A stretch of 64,000 bases of DNA from Chitinophaga nivalis (GCF_025989125.1 NZ_JAPDNR010000001.1:3523953-3587952), one strand, 5' to 3'; shown: positions 19,364 to 29,103, numbered from the stretch's first letter. Notes: a model not told the origin generated them from the sequence alone. Made by a program: numbers and translations.

Positions 19364-19403
19364 AAGGGCGGGCCTTAGCACTTGTAGCGCCCGCCCTTTT
19401 TTT
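19364..19403 (+). terminator. Orphan Rho-independent terminator (plus-strand orientation) in a divergent intergenic region
   Basis: AAGGGCGGGC-(15-nt loop)-GCCCGCCCTT followed by TTTTTTT. A second hairpin lies 5' of it at 19336..19363 (GAACATCCTG/CAGGATGTGC). There is no plus-strand CDS upstream. Confidence 0.55.
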
Positions 19404-19751
19404 ATATGATAACGTGAAAGGATATACGAAATTAATCCGATCCCTGCGCCGCTTTTTTTCTTCGCTGCTTTTCCTGATAATGATTTGTTGAAACAACATG
19501 GACGTTGATAACGTACATGCCTGCACGAAAATGGCAGGAGGGTAGGTATATTGCCTGCAAGGTATAAAGTATGCCGGCTGTTGCCAACGGGATTCTCTAT
19601 CTATTTAAGGAGCGCTGCCAGGCGTAAAAAGCCCCTTTTTCTGTTAACGTTTCATTAACAAATATTAAAAAATCATTAAAATAAATTGATAAATTATTGA
19701 TTATAAGTGAATTAGGGAAATTTTAAAATTAAATTTAAACAAGGTTGCGAA

Positions 19752-19788
19752 TAAACGTTTGTTTAAATTAAACGTTTGTTTAACTTTG
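19752..19788 (+). promoter_or_regulatory. Candidate TetR operator (tandem 15-bp repeats) overlapping a Bacteroidetes-type -7 promoter box
   Basis: TAAACGTTTGTTTAA occurs at 19752..19766 and 19769..19783, each containing the palindrome AAACGTTT. TAACTTTG (19781..19788) matches the Bacteroidetes sigmaA -7 consensus TAnnTTTG and lies 23 nt upstream of the tetR ATG. Confidence 0.45.
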
Positions 19789-19810
19789 CTTCGTCAAATT
19801 AAAAAGGAAC

Positions 19811-20443
19811 ATGGAAGACTATAGTGAGAAACAACTCTCGATTATAATGGTAGCGGAACGGTTGTTTGCCGACCATGGCTTTCATGGCACTTCAGTAAGA
19901 GACATAGCGCAGGAAGCGGATGTAAACATTGCCATGATATCCTATTATTTCGGTTCAAAAGATAAACTACTGGAAGCGGTATTCAGATTCAGAATGGAAG
20001 CCTCCCGGAAATTTATCAATGAACTGGTGGAGAACGAAGTCATGTCGCCCCTGGACAAGATATACAGCCTGATAGACCGTTTTGTGAACAAGATGATGGC
20101 AGAACAGTACTTCCAGTGCATTATGAGCCGGGAGCAGCTGAACAAGGATAAAAGTCCGGTACGTGACCTGATATGGCAGTTGAAAAGAGAAATGCTGGGG
20201 TTGATGGAACCTATTATTACCAATGCCCAGAAAACGGGTGCTTTTCATAAAGATGTGGATGTAATGATGATGATGACAACATTGTTCGGGACCATTCATC
20301 AGGTTATACCAGCTCAGTTTATACTCAGAACCGATCCCGCTTATCAAAACATGAGCGATGTTGATTTCCGGGAATACCTGAGAGAAAGATTAAGTAAACA
20401 TTTAAAAAAATTGTTCAAAGCAATCCTTACACATGAATTCTAA
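19811..20443 (+). CDS. TetR/AcrR-family transcriptional repressor
   Basis: 210 aa. The N-terminal HTH is LFADHGFHGTSVRDIAQEADVNIAMISYYFGSKDKL. It is the first gene of the efflux operon. Confidence 0.85.
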   Translation: MEDYSEKQLSIIMVAERLFADHGFHGTSVRDIAQEADVNIAMISYYFGSKDKLLEAVFRFRMEASRKFINELVENEVMSPLDKIYSLIDRFVNKMMAEQYFQCIMSREQLNKDKSPVRDLIWQLKREMLGLMEPIITNAQKTGAFHKDVDVMMMMTTLFGTIHQVIPAQFILRTDPAYQNMSDVDFREYLRERLSKHLKKLFKAILTHEF

Positions 20444-21791
20444 AAGCATATACACACGATTATATGCGCTTGCATCGGGAGTCATGCTGACGCTGTTTTT
20501 TCTGACAGCCTCCGCACAGCAGCAGGAAAAACCACTTTCGCTCAATGAAGCCATATCGCTGAGTATACAAAACAGCAAACAGTTAAAGGTTAGTCAGGCC
20601 AAAGTTGCAGCCGCTAACGCATCCCTGAAAGAAGCCAACGAAAAACAATTGCCGGATGTAAAAGTATCAGGTTCCTACCTGCGCCTCACACAACCCAATA
20701 TTGATCTGAAACTGGGCAAGAGTGAAGGAGAAGGCGGTGGAAAAGGCGCCGGACCGGAAGTAAATTCCGCTGCTTATGGCATCGCCAGCGTATCCGTACC
20801 CATCTTTGCAGGTATGATGATACAAAGCGGCAAAGAAGCTGCCCGTTACCTCGAGCAGGCCGCCAAACTGGATGTAGACAAAGACCGGGAAGACATCATG
20901 CAGAATACTATTGCCGCCTACAGTAACCTGTACAAGGCCCAGGCAGCAGTGGTACTGATGAAAGAAAACCTGAAACAATCTACCCAGCGCGTATTCGATT
21001 TCACCAACCTGGAAAAGAATGGTTTACTCGCCCGCAACGACCTGTTAAAAGCAGAACTACAGCAGTCCAACTACGAACTGGCCCTCATGGATGCAGAAAA
21101 CAGCCTGAAGGTAGCCTCCCTGAACATGAACATCATGCTCGGATTACCGGACAACACCCCGCTGGCCCTGGACACCACAGTATTTGCTACAGATAACAAT
21201 GTCGATGCCCGTTCTGCCGCTGATTTCGAACAGCTGGCTTACCACAACCGGAAAGATATTGCTGCCGTAAATGCCCGCGAAAGAGCTGCCAATGCAGGTG
21301 TAAAAGGAGCCAAAGGAGAATATTACCCTGCTGTAGCCTTTACCGGTGGTTATGTGGCCGCTTACATACCCAATGTAGTGACCATCACCAACGCCGTGAA
21401 TGCCGGACTGGGACTCAAATACAACCTGTCGTCCCTGTGGAAAACAGGTTCTAAGGTAGCCGGCGCCAAAGCACAGCTGGCACAGGTACAGGCGAGTGAA
21501 GCACAGCTCACAGATGCCATTCACCTCGATGTATACCAATCTTACGAAAACTATCTCCTGAGCCATAAGAAAATGGATACTTACGTAAAGGCGATAGAAC
21601 AATCAGAAGAAAATTACCGTATCACTAAAAACAAACAGGTCAATAACCTGGCTACTACGACCGACTTACTGGACGCAGACGTAGCCAACCTGCAGTCGCA
21701 CCTGAACTACGCTTTCGCGAAAGCAGATGCACTGGTAGCTTACAAGAAACTGTTGAAAGCTGCAGGCGTCCTGGATACGAACAATAAATAA
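20433..21791 (+). CDS. TolC-family outer membrane efflux protein
   Basis: 452 aa. It has a signal peptide and the duplicated OEP repeat structure. Its start overlaps the tetR stop by 11 nt. Confidence 0.85.
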   Translation: MNSKSIYTRLYALASGVMLTLFFLTASAQQQEKPLSLNEAISLSIQNSKQLKVSQAKVAAANASLKEANEKQLPDVKVSGSYLRLTQPNIDLKLGKSEGEGGGKGAGPEVNSAAYGIASVSVPIFAGMMIQSGKEAARYLEQAAKLDVDKDREDIMQNTIAAYSNLYKAQAAVVLMKENLKQSTQRVFDFTNLEKNGLLARNDLLKAELQQSNYELALMDAENSLKVASLNMNIMLGLPDNTPLALDTTVFATDNNVDARSAADFEQLAYHNRKDIAAVNARERAANAGVKGAKGEYYPAVAFTGGYVAAYIPNVVTITNAVNAGLGLKYNLSSLWKTGSKVAGAKAQLAQVQASEAQLTDAIHLDVYQSYENYLLSHKKMDTYVKAIEQSEENYRITKNKQVNNLATTTDLLDADVANLQSHLNYAFAKADALVAYKKLLKAAGVLDTNNK

Positions 21792-21817
21792 ATACCAAAC
21801 CAATAAATAGCAAAGCT

Positions 21818-22948
21818 GTGGAAACGCAAACACAAACAAAACCTACTAACAATATAACCATGCAGGAAACATCCGCGCCTAAAAAGCGCAGCAAAGGGTT
21901 CGTCATCGTACTGGCGGTACTGGTACTGGGAGGCGGTGCTTTCGGTATCTCTAAATATATCCATAGCCAGGGCCACGAGGAAACAGATAACGCGCAGATC
22001 GATGCAAATGTAAGCCCCGTAATACCCCGCGTATCCGGTTATGTAAAAGAAGTACGGGTAAAAGATAACCAGTTCGTGAAAAAAGGAGACACCCTGGTGA
22101 TCCTGGACGACCGCGACCTGGCCATTAAAGTACAACAGGCAGAAAATGGTCTCTATGCTGCCCAGGCTAATCTGGGTTCTGCAGAAGCAACCACCCTCGC
22201 TGCAGAAGCAGGTATCAGCACGGCGCAGGCCAACATCGGTACCATCGATGCGCAGATTGAAGCCGCTAAAGTAAATCTGTGGAGAGCATCTCAGGACTAT
22301 GAGCGTTACAATAACCTCATTAAAGATCACTCTATCACACAACAACAATACGAACAGGCACTGGCTGCAAAACAATCTGCAGAACGTCAGCTGGATGTAT
22401 TGGCCCGTCAGAAAGCTGCGGCCAGCCGCCAGACTTCTGTAGTGACTTCCCAGAGCAGCGCTACTTCCAAGCAGATCAACCTGGCTAACGCCGGTATCAA
22501 ACAAAGAGAAACAGATGTGGCAGATGCTAAACTGAACCTCTCTTATACCGTGATTACCGCTCCGGAAAATGGCGTACTGTCTAAAATCTTTGTACAGCCA
22601 GGACAGTTTGTAGCTGCCGGTCAGTCACTCTTCAGCGTGGTACTGGACAACACCCCATGGGTAGTCGCCAACTTCAAGGAAACACAGCTGGACAGAATGA
22701 AACTGGGACAGAAAGTAACCGTGCACATTGATGCTTACCCGGGTAAAGCCCTGGAAGCAAAAGTAACGTCCTTTTCTCCTGCTACCGGTTCCAAATTCGC
22801 ACTGCTGCCGCCGGATAACGCTTCCGGTAACTTCGTAAAAGTAGTACAGCGCTTACCGGTAAAAATCGAGTTCACAGATCCGGCTAATGAATTGGTAAAA
22901 CAACTGCGCCCGGGTATGAACGTACTGGTAGACGTGCATCTCAACTAA
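21818..22948 (+). CDS. HlyD/EmrA-family membrane fusion protein
   Basis: 376 aa. It has a single N-terminal TM helix, a coiled-coil hairpin, a biotinyl/lipoyl-like fold and a C-terminal beta-barrel (VQRLPVKIEF). Confidence 0.85.
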   Translation: METQTQTKPTNNITMQETSAPKKRSKGFVIVLAVLVLGGGAFGISKYIHSQGHEETDNAQIDANVSPVIPRVSGYVKEVRVKDNQFVKKGDTLVILDDRDLAIKVQQAENGLYAAQANLGSAEATTLAAEAGISTAQANIGTIDAQIEAAKVNLWRASQDYERYNNLIKDHSITQQQYEQALAAKQSAERQLDVLARQKAAASRQTSVVTSQSSATSKQINLANAGIKQRETDVADAKLNLSYTVITAPENGVLSKIFVQPGQFVAAGQSLFSVVLDNTPWVVANFKETQLDRMKLGQKVTVHIDAYPGKALEAKVTSFSPATGSKFALLPPDNASGNFVKVVQRLPVKIEFTDPANELVKQLRPGMNVLVDVHLN

Positions 22949-22973
22949 TCATACATGAACAGCTTCACTGCCC

Positions 22974-23083
22974 GGAGTTAATAATTAATGGGAACCATGC
23001 AGGATCGTCAGGCGGAAACCATTAGTATCAGGCAACTTGAAATAAGTAAGGAATTTATTAACCCGGCATTAATTATTAACTCC
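22974..23083 (+). repeat. 17-bp perfect inverted repeat with a 76-nt spacer in the emrA-emrB intergenic region
   Basis: GGAGTTAATAATTAATG (22974..22990) and CATTAATTATTAACTCC (23067..23083) are exact reverse complements. They lie inside the 172-bp spacer of an apparent operon. Confidence 0.5.
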
Positions 23084-23120
23084 AGGTGATGAGGCTTTCA
23101 TTCAAAATATAAAGTGCTGC

Positions 23121-24701
23121 ATGCAACAAGAATCATTGATAGAATACGGCTCGCGCAGGGTGATCATCACGATCACCGCTATCTTCTGCGCCTTGCTGGA
23201 AATCGTGGATACCACGATCGTGAATGTGGCGTTGAATGACATGCGTGGTAATATGGGCGCTACCCTCAGCGAAATCGGCTGGGTGATCACGGCCTACGCG
23301 ATCGGTAACGTAATCATTGTACCGATGACCAGCTGGTTATCCCAGCAGTTCGGCCGTCGTAACTATTTTGCGGCTTCTATTATCATATTTACGGTGTCGT
23401 CTTTCCTTTGTGGTAATGCCACCGTGATGTGGGAACTGATCATATTCCGTTTTATCCAGGGCCTCGGAGGCGGTGCATTGCTGGTAACTTCCCAAACCAT
23501 TATTACAGAAAGCTATCCACCTGAAAAACGGGGTATTGCACAGGCAATCTATGGACTGGGGGTAATCATCGGCCCGACACTGGGTCCGCCATTAGGAGGT
23601 TTTATCACAGATAACTACTCCTGGCCGTATATCTTCTACATTAATATACCCATTGGCGTTGTCGCTACGCTGCTCACCCTGCAATATGTGCGCAGCCCTA
23701 AATACGGAGAAAAAAGATCCATCAGTGAAGTCGACTTCCTGGGTATTGGTCTCCTGGCCATCACAGTAGGCTGCTTACAGTTTGTATTGGAACGCGGACA
23801 GGAAGATGACTGGTTTAATGATACCACCATCACGGCATTAACCGTAACCAGTGTACTGGCGCTCTTTTTCTTTGTATGGCGTGAACTGACATATAAAAAC
23901 CCGATTGTGGAGCTGCGGGTACTCAAAAACGGGAACCTGCGGGTAGGAACCATCCTCTCCTTTATCATGGGATTTGGTTTATATGGCTCTACATTTATCA
24001 TTCCGCTGTACACCCAGGGTTCATTGGGCTGGACCGCTACCCAATCCGGGATGCTGATGATTCCGGCGGCGCTGACCACAGCGTTTATGATGCCGATCAT
24101 CGGTAAACTATTGGAGAAAGGGGTACCTCAGCAATACCTGGTAGCTGCCGGTATGTTATTGTTCTTTGGTTTCTGCTTCTGGGGATATCTGATCATCACC
24201 CCGGCAGATACCGGCTCCGATGCTTTCTTCTGGATGCTGATCGTACGTGGTATTGGTATGGGTTTACTCTTCATCCCGATTACAACATTGTCGCTTTCTT
24301 CCCTGAAAGGACAGCAGATCGGGCAGGGAGCTGCATTTACCGGTATGATGCGGCAGTTGGGTGGATCTTTTGGGGTGGCGTTGATCACCACCTTTATGTC
24401 GCGCCAGAACATGCTGCACCGCAACGACCTGGTATCCAAACTCGATACCAACAACCCGGATGTCATCAACAGGGTACATGGCCTGCAACGCAGTTTTGTG
24501 GCCAAAGGTATGGACCCGCACACCGCGTTGAATTCAGGCTATAAAATGCTGGATTACAGTGTGAGCAAACAGGCGGCAGTACTGTCCTATATGGACGTAT
24601 TCCTCTACCTCGGTATCCTGTTCCTCATCTGTGTGCCCTTTGTATTGATGGTAAAAGGTAATAAACAACAAGGTAAGCTGGATGCTTCTGCCATGCACTA
24701 A
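23121..24701 (+). CDS. MFS transporter, DHA2 family (EmrB/QacA-like, 14 TM) drug efflux pump
   Basis: 526 aa with motif A GRRNYF, 14 predicted TM segments, and motif C in TM5 (GPTLGPPLGGF). Confidence 0.9.
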   Translation: MQQESLIEYGSRRVIITITAIFCALLEIVDTTIVNVALNDMRGNMGATLSEIGWVITAYAIGNVIIVPMTSWLSQQFGRRNYFAASIIIFTVSSFLCGNATVMWELIIFRFIQGLGGGALLVTSQTIITESYPPEKRGIAQAIYGLGVIIGPTLGPPLGGFITDNYSWPYIFYINIPIGVVATLLTLQYVRSPKYGEKRSISEVDFLGIGLLAITVGCLQFVLERGQEDDWFNDTTITALTVTSVLALFFFVWRELTYKNPIVELRVLKNGNLRVGTILSFIMGFGLYGSTFIIPLYTQGSLGWTATQSGMLMIPAALTTAFMMPIIGKLLEKGVPQQYLVAAGMLLFFGFCFWGYLIITPADTGSDAFFWMLIVRGIGMGLLFIPITTLSLSSLKGQQIGQGAAFTGMMRQLGGSFGVALITTFMSRQNMLHRNDLVSKLDTNNPDVINRVHGLQRSFVAKGMDPHTALNSGYKMLDYSVSKQAAVLSYMDVFLYLGILFLICVPFVLMVKGNKQQGKLDASAMH

Positions 24702-24765
24702 CATCCGGTGTCAACATAAAAATATTGTTGCAATAACAGTGTAACAGTTGTAGGTTTAGGTAAAT

Positions 24766-24799
24766 AAGCCCCGATATTCATCGGGGCTTTAATTTTTTT
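24766..24799. terminator. Bidirectional Rho-independent terminator between convergent genes
   Basis: AAGCCCCGAT-ATTC-ATCGGGGCTT followed by TAATTTTTTT on the plus strand and preceded by an A/T-rich stretch. It lies between the emrB stop (24701) and the minus-strand GNAT stop (24808). Confidence 0.6.
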
Positions 24800-24807
24800 A
24801 CAACGGT

Positions 24808-25284
24808 TTAGTTTTCGGGAGAGATACTTGGTGCGATTGTTTTTTGCATACAAATGCTGTTGTCGACCCCAACATATTGCCCGTAGTTGGGAATACGGGT
24901 ATAACCGGCTTTCTCATACAGGGCAACGGCTTCCGGCAATACAACGCCGGTTTCCAGTACACAGGTGTGATACCCCAGGGAAGCTGCCCATTGCTCCAGT
25001 TCTGCCAATACCCGAAAGGCCACCCCCTGGCCCCGGAAAGCCGGATCGGTAAACATTCTTTTGATTTCTGCCACGCCTGCTGCAAAGGGCTTGAAGGCGC
25101 CACACCCGGCTGGTACACCTGCTACATACGCCACCACTACCTGTTTAATCTGATCTAACTGATTGAAGGGAGCGTAAAAGGTATGTAATTCTTCTCCGTC
25201 GCGGATGCGTATAAAACTATTTAATGCGGCCACCAGCTGATGAAAGTCGGGATGCCCGGCATCGGTTCTGATTAACTGTATCAT
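24808..25284 (-). CDS. GNAT-family N-acetyltransferase
   Basis: The start is chosen at MIQLIRTD (25284), which is inside the track ORF that extends to 25374. The motif is VAYVAGVPAGCGAFKP...RGQGVAFRVLAELEQWAASLG. Confidence 0.75.
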   Translation of the reverse strand: MIQLIRTDAGHPDFHQLVAALNSFIRIRDGEELHTFYAPFNQLDQIKQVVVAYVAGVPAGCGAFKPFAAGVAEIKRMFTDPAFRGQGVAFRVLAELEQWAASLGYHTCVLETGVVLPEAVALYEKAGYTRIPNYGQYVGVDNSICMQKTIAPSISPEN

Positions 25285-25404
25285 CTTACCAGGATATTTG
25301 CAGGATCTGAAAATTAGTTGGTGGGTAAAGCTACTAAAGCAGGGCAAACTACCCAAAAACAGGAGCAAAAGCAAACGCTTTTGCTCCTGTTGGTAAGGAG
25401 ATGA

Positions 25405-28272
25405 TCAGAAGGTCAGCGATACTTTGGTAAACAGACGGATGCCGTTGAAGCCCATTTGCACGGCATCCCAGGGGCCACCGGTTTCACCGTCGTAGGCCGA
25501 TAATTTGGCGCCCGGCACATAACCCAGATCCGGGTGTACATTAAAGATATTATCCGCTCCCAGGAACCAGCTGATTTGCGGGGTAATACGATAGCTGGTA
25601 TACAGATCCGTTACTACCTTTCCCCGGTAGTTGAAAGCTTCCGGTACCAGCGTACCATCGCTATCCAGGGCTACCAACGGGCTGATACCCGTACCGGCCA
25701 GATTGGGATCGCCGGGAAGACCGCTGCCGGTTTTCGCCGGATCGCCGGTAAAACCGTATCCCAGTAATTTTATCTTACCATAGTAACTCAGGCGGGTACC
25801 TACCGTGAAGGAGCGCACACCATATTCCAGGTTTAAGCCCATCTTCACCGGAGGAGCAGAAGCGAGTACAAAATGTTGTTCCCGTTCGCTGAAAAATTCA
25901 CCCCTGTGCAGGTAGCTGTCATTCAGCTTATCCGGCACATTGATCTGGTCGAGGTTCATGTGTTGCACATTGCCGGTAAACAACACCCGGACGCGTTGTT
26001 GCTGCCATTTATGCTGGTAGTCAATCACGAGGTCAATACCGGTGTTGGTGGTGTTCACGGCATTGGCAAAGAACTGGGCATTGTCGATGTGCAAGGCTTT
26101 GAGTTTGGCCAGGAAAGCGGCATCCAGTGTGGTGTCGCCGGCATTGAACTGACCGGATAATACAATCCTGTCTTTCACTTTCACCATATAACCGTCTACT
26201 GTTATAGTAAGTCCGGATACCGGTTTCCAGGAAAAGCCCAGGCTGGCATTCAGGGATTTTTCCTGTTTCAGGGCCGGAATACCGGCAGCCTGGGTGATTT
26301 CGTTACTGTTGGGGGCGATCTTCACCTCAGTGATGCGGCCGCCCTGTACGTTGGTAAACTGGGAGCTGTAGTTGATCTGCTGCAGGGAAGGTGCCCGGTA
26401 ACCGCTACTAACGGAACCGCGTATATTAAAAGTAGGTGCCACCTTAAAACGGGCTGCCAGTTTATAGTTGCTGGTGAAGCCAAAGTCGCTGTAATTCTCT
26501 ACACGCACCGCGCCGCCCAGCAGGAAGCGGGTGGTAATATCCCATTCTGCATCTACATACCCGGCGATATTGGAACGATTGGCTTTTACGGCATCCGTAG
26601 GGCGGTAGCCGGGAAATCCCTGCGCACCGGTAGCTTTGAAGAAAGTAGGGTCATAGTTGGTGTAGGAACTTTCATCGCCGGCATAGATGCGGTAGTTTTC
26701 ATACCGGTATTCTGCGCCCAGTGCCAGGTTGAAGCCGGCGCCGATGCCGGGAATCTCTTTGGAGAAGGTCAGATTGGTGGTATTCTGTGCAAAGGAGAAG
26801 CCGCCATTGTCAAAGTGGGTGGGCGTTGCAGCGCCCATGGAAGCATTGAAGGTTTTATCGCCGTAGAAATGAAAATCATTTCTGCCGAAAGTATTACTGA
26901 GGTCCCATTTCCAGTTGTTGTTGGTGCTGCCTTTTATACCGGCTGCCACAGACAGGTCGCTGATACGGGTTTGTATGTGCGGATCAAAAATGGTATCTGC
27001 GCGTCCGCCACCAGGCGTAGGCACACTTTTCATAATATCCGGATAAAAGATCAGGCTACCGTCGGGGCGGGTAGGGAAGCGGTCCGGGTGCGCGCTGGAT
27101 GATGGATTGAAGCCGTGGAAGGTTCTCGTATAGGCGTAGGCGTCAGACGATTTATAGTTGTAGCCGCCAAAAGCATAAACGGTGGTGCGGCTGCTGCCAA
27201 TGGGGATTTCCAGGTTTACCATACCGCCGCCGCTGGTAACGGAGCCGTCGCCGTGGGCCCGGCGACCGGTATTGATAGGCATGCCGCCTGCATGTAGCAG
27301 GTTGGTGTCTGTTACCTGCCGGAATGTTTTGCCTTGCGTGAGGAAGTTACCGGCGAAATTAATGAAGCCGTTGTGTTTCCCGATCGGTACCCCATAGCTG
27401 GCGCCGATGGAGAGGGCATTCCCATCGATGCCGCCGCCATGTTCATATTGCTGCAGGTCTTTGTTGTAGTAGGGGTTGTACTTGCGGTCATAGTAGCCGG
27501 CATATCCGGCGGTGATGTTTAGTTTATGTACTTCTTTTTTCAGGATCAGGTTGATGACCCCTGCGATCGCATCTGAACCGTATTGTGCGGAAGCGCCGTC
27601 GCGGAGAATTTCCACACGATCGATGGCCGCTTCGGGGATGGCATTGAGGTCGGTGCCGGAATTGCCCCGGCCACGGGTTCCGAATACAGATACGAAGGCG
27701 GTCTGATGGCGGCGTTTCCCATTGACGAGTACCAGGGTCTGGTCGGGGCCGAGGCCTCTCAGGGTAGCGAGGTCAATCTGATCGGCGCCATCGCTGCCGC
27801 TTTGTTTGTTGTAGTTGAAGGAAGGGGCGGCGGCATTGAGCAGGGAAGTCAGCTCCATTTTAGCGCTGGGAAGCCCGGCCTGGTTGACGCTGATGACGTC
27901 TACCGGCACCGGTGTTTCTGTTTTGGCGCGTCCGCCGCTGCGGCTGCCTACCAGCACAATCTGGGTGAGTTCCGCTACCATGGGCTGCAGTTGTATATCT
28001 ATCCGGGTACGCCCGTTGATATGCACCTGCTGGGTTTTATAGCCAATGGCACTGATTTCAAGTACATCGCTGGCGGTTGCTGTTAAAGCGTAAATACCAT
28101 CTTTGGTAGTTTGGGTGCCTTTAGGGGCCGATACCACCCGGATGGTGATGCCTTCCAAAGGCGCGCCGGTAGTCTGGTCGGTGACCTTACCGCTAATGGG
28201 CTGGGTTTGTGCAAACGTGAAAGCGTAGCATAGCAGCATACATACTATGCAGGGTAGAAGTTTGAGGTACAT
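25405..28272 (-). CDS. TonB-dependent outer membrane receptor (non-SusC type) with an N-terminal carboxypeptidase-regulatory-like domain
   Basis: The plug region is DQTLVLVNGKRRH...; the protein has a 22-strand barrel, a C-terminal ...TKVSLTF, and a signal peptide MYLKLLPCIVCMLLCYAFTFAQ. An alternative upstream ATG exists at 28317. Confidence 0.85.
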   Translation of the reverse strand: MYLKLLPCIVCMLLCYAFTFAQTQPISGKVTDQTTGAPLEGITIRVVSAPKGTQTTKDGIYALTATASDVLEISAIGYKTQQVHINGRTRIDIQLQPMVAELTQIVLVGSRSGGRAKTETPVPVDVISVNQAGLPSAKMELTSLLNAAAPSFNYNKQSGSDGADQIDLATLRGLGPDQTLVLVNGKRRHQTAFVSVFGTRGRGNSGTDLNAIPEAAIDRVEILRDGASAQYGSDAIAGVINLILKKEVHKLNITAGYAGYYDRKYNPYYNKDLQQYEHGGGIDGNALSIGASYGVPIGKHNGFINFAGNFLTQGKTFRQVTDTNLLHAGGMPINTGRRAHGDGSVTSGGGMVNLEIPIGSSRTTVYAFGGYNYKSSDAYAYTRTFHGFNPSSSAHPDRFPTRPDGSLIFYPDIMKSVPTPGGGRADTIFDPHIQTRISDLSVAAGIKGSTNNNWKWDLSNTFGRNDFHFYGDKTFNASMGAATPTHFDNGGFSFAQNTTNLTFSKEIPGIGAGFNLALGAEYRYENYRIYAGDESSYTNYDPTFFKATGAQGFPGYRPTDAVKANRSNIAGYVDAEWDITTRFLLGGAVRVENYSDFGFTSNYKLAARFKVAPTFNIRGSVSSGYRAPSLQQINYSSQFTNVQGGRITEVKIAPNSNEITQAAGIPALKQEKSLNASLGFSWKPVSGLTITVDGYMVKVKDRIVLSGQFNAGDTTLDAAFLAKLKALHIDNAQFFANAVNTTNTGIDLVIDYQHKWQQQRVRVLFTGNVQHMNLDQINVPDKLNDSYLHRGEFFSEREQHFVLASAPPVKMGLNLEYGVRSFTVGTRLSYYGKIKLLGYGFTGDPAKTGSGLPGDPNLAGTGISPLVALDSDGTLVPEAFNYRGKVVTDLYTSYRITPQISWFLGADNIFNVHPDLGYVPGAKLSAYDGETGGPWDAVQMGFNGIRLFTKVSLTF

Positions 28273-28380
28273 ACGCAGGTATTTATGTGAGTAATAGATG
28301 AAGATAACAGCAGACATACCCGTGTGGTGCGGGATATCTGCGGGTTGTTTGCCCGAGGGGCGCCTGTTTCCGGGGTGGAC

Positions 28381-28842
28381 TTACAGGGGAATACCTGCTT
28401 TCCTGTAAATAAAACTCATCAGCCATGCAGGACCTATCAGCAGGAATTGCAGGTCCTTGAAGAAGGAGGGTTTGGCGCCTTCTATTTTATGCCCGATGAA
28501 TTGTCCGATCCATGCCAGCACAAAAATAACCAGGGCTGTCTGCCAGATGACGAGGCCGGCAACGGAAATCAGGTGCCAGCACCAAAGGCACAGGACTCCA
28601 ATAATCAGCATACCTCCGGATAGGGAGGCCGAAAGACGGGCATAGTAAATAATCAGCAGCAGTAACGCGATATGTGCTGCGGTGAGTACTACGGGTAATC
28701 CATTGATCGGTAGTACAATGGCATACAGGAAACCAACAATGCTGAAGAAGATAGCGGGCACACAGATCCAGTGAATCAATTTGTTGGTATGGTTACGGTG
28801 GCTGCTGCCATATTCATCCAGCCATTGATGTATTGTTTTCAT
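28381..28842 (-). CDS. DUF962/Mpo1-like membrane protein
   Basis: MKTIHQWLDEYGSSHRNHTNKLIHWICVPAIFFSIVGFL... is the conserved DUF962 N-terminus. The internal ATG at 28842 was chosen; the track ORF extends to 29049. Confidence 0.6.
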   Translation of the reverse strand: MKTIHQWLDEYGSSHRNHTNKLIHWICVPAIFFSIVGFLYAIVLPINGLPVVLTAAHIALLLLIIYYARLSASLSGGMLIIGVLCLWCWHLISVAGLVIWQTALVIFVLAWIGQFIGHKIEGAKPSFFKDLQFLLIGPAWLMSFIYRKAGIPL

Positions 28843-29103
28843 CGTGGACGCGGTTTTTCGTGTATTTAAATATAACTTATTTGTTGTGAATAACCATGTT
28901 TCTTTATGGAGATGATATAAGCAACTGGAAATGACGGGCTTGTTGCCGGCTTCGCACCGGTGGTGGTAAAGTTGCAGAAAAGCGTTGCTGCTGCCGGCTG
29001 GCAGCTTCGTGTAGGCTACAGCGTGAGTACTGTTATCTCCCGGCACCAACGGTGGGTGTAAAGTAATACCTTTGTGCCATTATTCACATATATCTGTTCG
29101 AAA

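Noticed and set aside
21740-22504. 254-aa minus-strand ORF inside the HlyD/EmrA gene
   Set aside because: It is antisense to a well-supported membrane-fusion-protein frame. It is Cys/Phe-rich and low-complexity.
27583-28086. Plus-strand ORFs (up to 167 aa) inside the minus-strand TonB-dependent receptor gene 25405..28272
   Set aside because: These are Gly/Ala-rich shadow ORFs opposite a well-supported coding frame.
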